DNA of 16,135 nucleotides from Candidatus Micrarchaeota archaeon (GTDB lineage Archaea; B1Sed10-29; WALL01; WAMD01). The position numbers and the translations under genes were made by a program. The DNA lies in NCBI GenBank assembly GCA_964652335.1, contig CAZZDL010000002.1, positions 17,037-33,171 on the forward strand. Direction: 5' to 3'. Under the pieces are notes generated by a model. That model ran no database searches and was not told the DNA's origin. It saw only the letters and a list, made by a program, of their open reading frames with translations. Every line of letters begins with the position of its first letter. Positions within the stretch are counted from its first letter, which is position 1. Below, piece by piece: positions 15,849 through 16,135 of the stretch.

Positions 15849-16135
15849 TTATTTAGTTTTGTTGAATAATGCTTTTTCTACAGTGGATATCATCTCCTCA
15901 GCAAACGATACTGCTTCCTTACATTCATCCACAGTGGGCCTAAACCCAACATCATACAAGACTCCATGCCTATAACTCCTAAAATGATCTAGCTGGTTAA
16001 TTAAATACTCAGGTAACTCCTTATGTCTAACTCTCAGATAAGCTATTAAACACTCATGTGTTTTTTCTCTAAATCCATCTCTAAATAATAAGGCTCTTGC
16101 AGCAGTAAACGCGGCTGAATATGCTAGAATTATAA
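15849..16135 (-). CDS. HEPN domain protein (UPF0332-like), 5'-truncated; absent from the ORF track
   Basis: Manual translation from 16133: IILAYSAAFTAARALLFRDGFREKTHECLIAYL...LDHFRSYRHGVLYDVGFRPTVDECKEAVSFAEEMISTVEKALFNKTK*. Matches the AY...AARALL...G....H and RxxRxxxxY pattern. Confidence 0.85.
   Translation of the reverse strand, partial: IILAYSAAFTAARALLFRDGFREKTHECLIAYLRVRHKELPEYLINQLDHFRSYRHGVLYDVGFRPTVDECKEAVSFAEEMISTVEKALFNKTK

Noticed and set aside
1..16135. tRNA, rRNA or integrase genes
   Set aside because: None recognised; intergenic spaces are short and show no cloverleaf-like sequence.

Overview
Archaeal genomic window: TTTAAA/TTTATAAA TATA boxes, GGTGA/GGAGG ribosome-binding sites, a PAC2 proteasome chaperone and class III signal peptides. 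A DPANN-like lineage is my inference from the pilin style. The window holds a split type IV/Tad-like pilus locus. The + strand carries a partial Ig-like surface glycoprotein, DUF192, a CpaF/VirB11-type ATPase with an N-terminal poly-[4Fe-4S] ferredoxin fused in frame, and two TadB/TadC-like platform proteins, followed by PAC2 and a flavin reductase. The - strand carries seven pilin-like genes (one a 45-aa mini-pilin missing from the ORF track), a 4-TM protein and a 1503-aa secreted, C-terminally anchored protein. Three toxin-antitoxin-type modules are interleaved: hicBA, RHH-antitoxin/RelE, and a partial HEPN gene. The hicBA pair sits between exact 22-bp direct repeats that contain a TATA box. 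The RelE pair sits between 11-bp direct repeats. Both look like small cassettes inserted at pilus promoters.
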